A DNA stretch of 63,188 bases, filler included, from Rhabdomonas costata (lineage: Eukaryota), in the NCBI GenBank assembly GCA_019059605.1. It is 32 parts of 32 records of this genome, joined end to end, with 100 filler letters (N's around TTAATTAATTAA, not from the genome) between each part and the next. Parts side by side here need not be neighbours in the genome. Positions count along the whole stretch, not along the records: positions 61,313 to 63,188 come from JAHMHO010007870.1; 31 more parts are not named here. One strand, given 5' to 3'. Numbering within the stretch: the first letter of the stretch is position 1; the number at the start of each line of letters is the position of its first letter. This document shows positions 61,313 to 63,188 of this stretch, one piece after another. Under the pieces are notes generated by a model that saw only the letters and a program-made list of their open reading frames with translations, was not told where the DNA came from and did not search any database. The translations under genes and the position numbers were made by a program.

Positions 61313-63095
61313 CGTGGTCCAGGGCGTACTTGTAAATCGCGCGGGCCCTCTCGAACTCCTGCAGGCCGAGAGACGTTCGATCCAAACCAAACAAACCATA
61401 CATTACAAATTGCGGGGGTGGAGGCAACCACAAACCCTCTCATGCCAAATCAATCGTTCGAGCAACAAAATAGGTGTGGTTTACGTTCTTTCTGCCAAAA
61501 AAATGGGAGGTTACACTTTGCATTTTTGCGCAAACAGGTGAGCCTACAGTGCCTCTCAGTTGCACGGCAGCTTTCTGATGGACAGCTTATGAAGCCCGCA
61601 CAAAAGAAAGACTGCAGCACGCCTTCTGCCGCTCCTCGAACTTCGCAAAGGCGGACAGCAAAATCACGTCCACCCCGTGCTCCCCCAGCGCGACAATGGC
61701 CTGTGGAACCCGTTCCCCATTCCCGCCACCGGCACGAGAGGAAGATCCCACGCCATAATCACTACGGTCATAAAACGCATAAAGTCTTTCTAGCCCTGTC
61801 TGTCGCCACGTCAAGCAAGCTACCCATGTCTAAAAGCAGTGGCAAGCGTGTGATCACAGGAAGGCGCAGTGGATTTTCAGTTTTTTTTTTGATATAATGC
61901 CTGAGAACAAACGCCACCCAGTGTTCAATGTAGATAAAGGACACGACCACACGACCCCCCAGACTCCAGTGCCACTGCACGGGGTCATCCACTGAAGCTG
62001 AATGGGAGAAGGAAGGGAAGTGAAGCGTCCGCTGAAGTTGCTCGTTACAATGAGCAGAGGGGAAAGGAGGGGAAGGCACCAACTCCCCAACTTGCTCAAG
62101 CTTCGCAACGAACAAGGCAACGGAAGCGGCGCGATGGATCGATTTGCTAATCATCATTTTATTGCAGCACGGGGTGGTGTTTGTGCACACAAAACCTCCT
62201 CATAGACTTTGCGGGCCCGCGCCGCCTCGGAGCGCTTCTCTTCAAATTTGGCGTAGTGCAGCCAGGCCTCGATGCTGTTGTGGCTAACCACCCACTGCTG
62301 GATCACCTCGCGAGCCCTGAGAAGCGATAGAAAAACAACAGAACAAAAGGAGTGAGCAGAGGAGAAAGCACCAACGGTCCCTAAGTCACAGAAGAAAACG
62401 GAGGACAACACAGATTCCTGGCGCTCGTGGATCGGTTCGATTGGAGAATGCCCTGCTTGGGTCCCACAAGCTCACATCTTGACCATTGCAGCACAGAAAT
62501 GTAGCGCAAACAAATATCGGCTTTGGATACGAAATGCACACCAAGGCTGCACAGCAACACGGCCCAATAACAGGTCCGCACAAGCAGATATTTTCCCGCT
62601 TCACGGAGTAAGCGTGCCTGAATATCAGAAATTCTTTTTTGTGTTTTGACCCCCAACAATCGTGTATCGTACAAAAAGTCTCGCTTAGGTGCAGACACCC
62701 CCGCTAAAAAACAGAATATAGCAAAAAAAAAAATATAGGAAAGGACCCAGAACTTCCCTTTAAGGAGGGCTAGCCGAAGCAGGCCTGGGGTCTTTTATAC
62801 AGTAGGCCTCCCGAAACGCTGCGTGGCCGGTCCTTGGGGTCAGGAGAGTCCCGACCTTTCACCCTCGGCCGGTGGTGGTGCCCCTTGGCGGCTCTTTCGT
62901 AACCCTAACCCGGACCCAGAAACGTAAGCCAAAAACCCCAGGCTCCCGCAAGGGGTGGAATCTCCTCACACACCTTTGCACCTCCCCGTACCGCAGCTCC
63001 ATCTTCGCGAAGCTCCGCCACGCCGCCGCGGAAGGCTTCCACTTCATCCACCGCTCAAAGACCTGCCGGGCACCAGGGATGTTTCCCGCCGTCTC
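61313..63095 (-). CDS. CLF1: Crooked-neck splicing factor (CLF1/CRNKL1, HAT repeats), exons 63095-62974, 62316-62196, 61700-61623, 61358-61313
   Basis: GNIPGARQVFERWMKWKP..ELRYGEVQR|AREV..AWLHYAKFEE..|..FAKFEERQK|EFERARAIYKYALDH; last intron is GC-AG. Confidence 0.95.
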
Positions 63096-63188
63096 CTGCG
63101 ACAAGCACCCACCAGAGCATATAAAAATGTAAGCACTACGCACGAGTAAAACAACAACAGCGAAAAAGGACCCGGAACAACCAAAACC

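Noticed and set aside
1868..63188. A/C-rich 3' ends and G/T-rich 5' ends on most contigs, suggesting nanochromosome telomeres
   Set aside because: Tails are short and non-periodic and genes are cut mid-intron or mid-exon; more consistent with untrimmed low-complexity library tails.

Overview
This window is not one locus. It is 32 unrelated contigs of about 1.88 kb, joined by artificial 100-nt linkers (N44-TTAATTAATTAA-N44), so adjacency across a linker means nothing. The DNA is intron-rich eukaryotic nuclear sequence in the standard genetic code. I infer a euglenozoan, most likely a euglenid, from the TTAGGG repeats, pyrimidine tract/AG signals just before start codons, GT-N-Y-G type donors, MBOAT wax synthases, many transmembrane cyclase and histidine-kinase sensors, and a kinetoplastid-type CxxH zinc finger. 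Multi-exon gene pieces reconstructed by hand: a MIF4G-domain protein, PUS1, two tandem wax synthases, an EGF-repeat protein, a Ser/Thr kinase, a receptor adenylate cyclase, ISA1/IscA, a SMG9-like protein, PTH2, LST8, a Cys-rich repeat protein, a GT8 glycosyltransferase, a sensor histidine kinase, a Muscleblind-type CCCH protein and crooked-neck (CLF1). Non-coding DNA holds decayed Ty3/gypsy and RLE non-LTR relics, several MITE-like elements, microsatellites and an interstitial telomere tract. The most notable signals are frequent GC-AG introns with a weak donor consensus, the tandem wax synthase pair and the high density of sensor-receptor genes. All family assignments come from motif recognition by eye; no searches were run.
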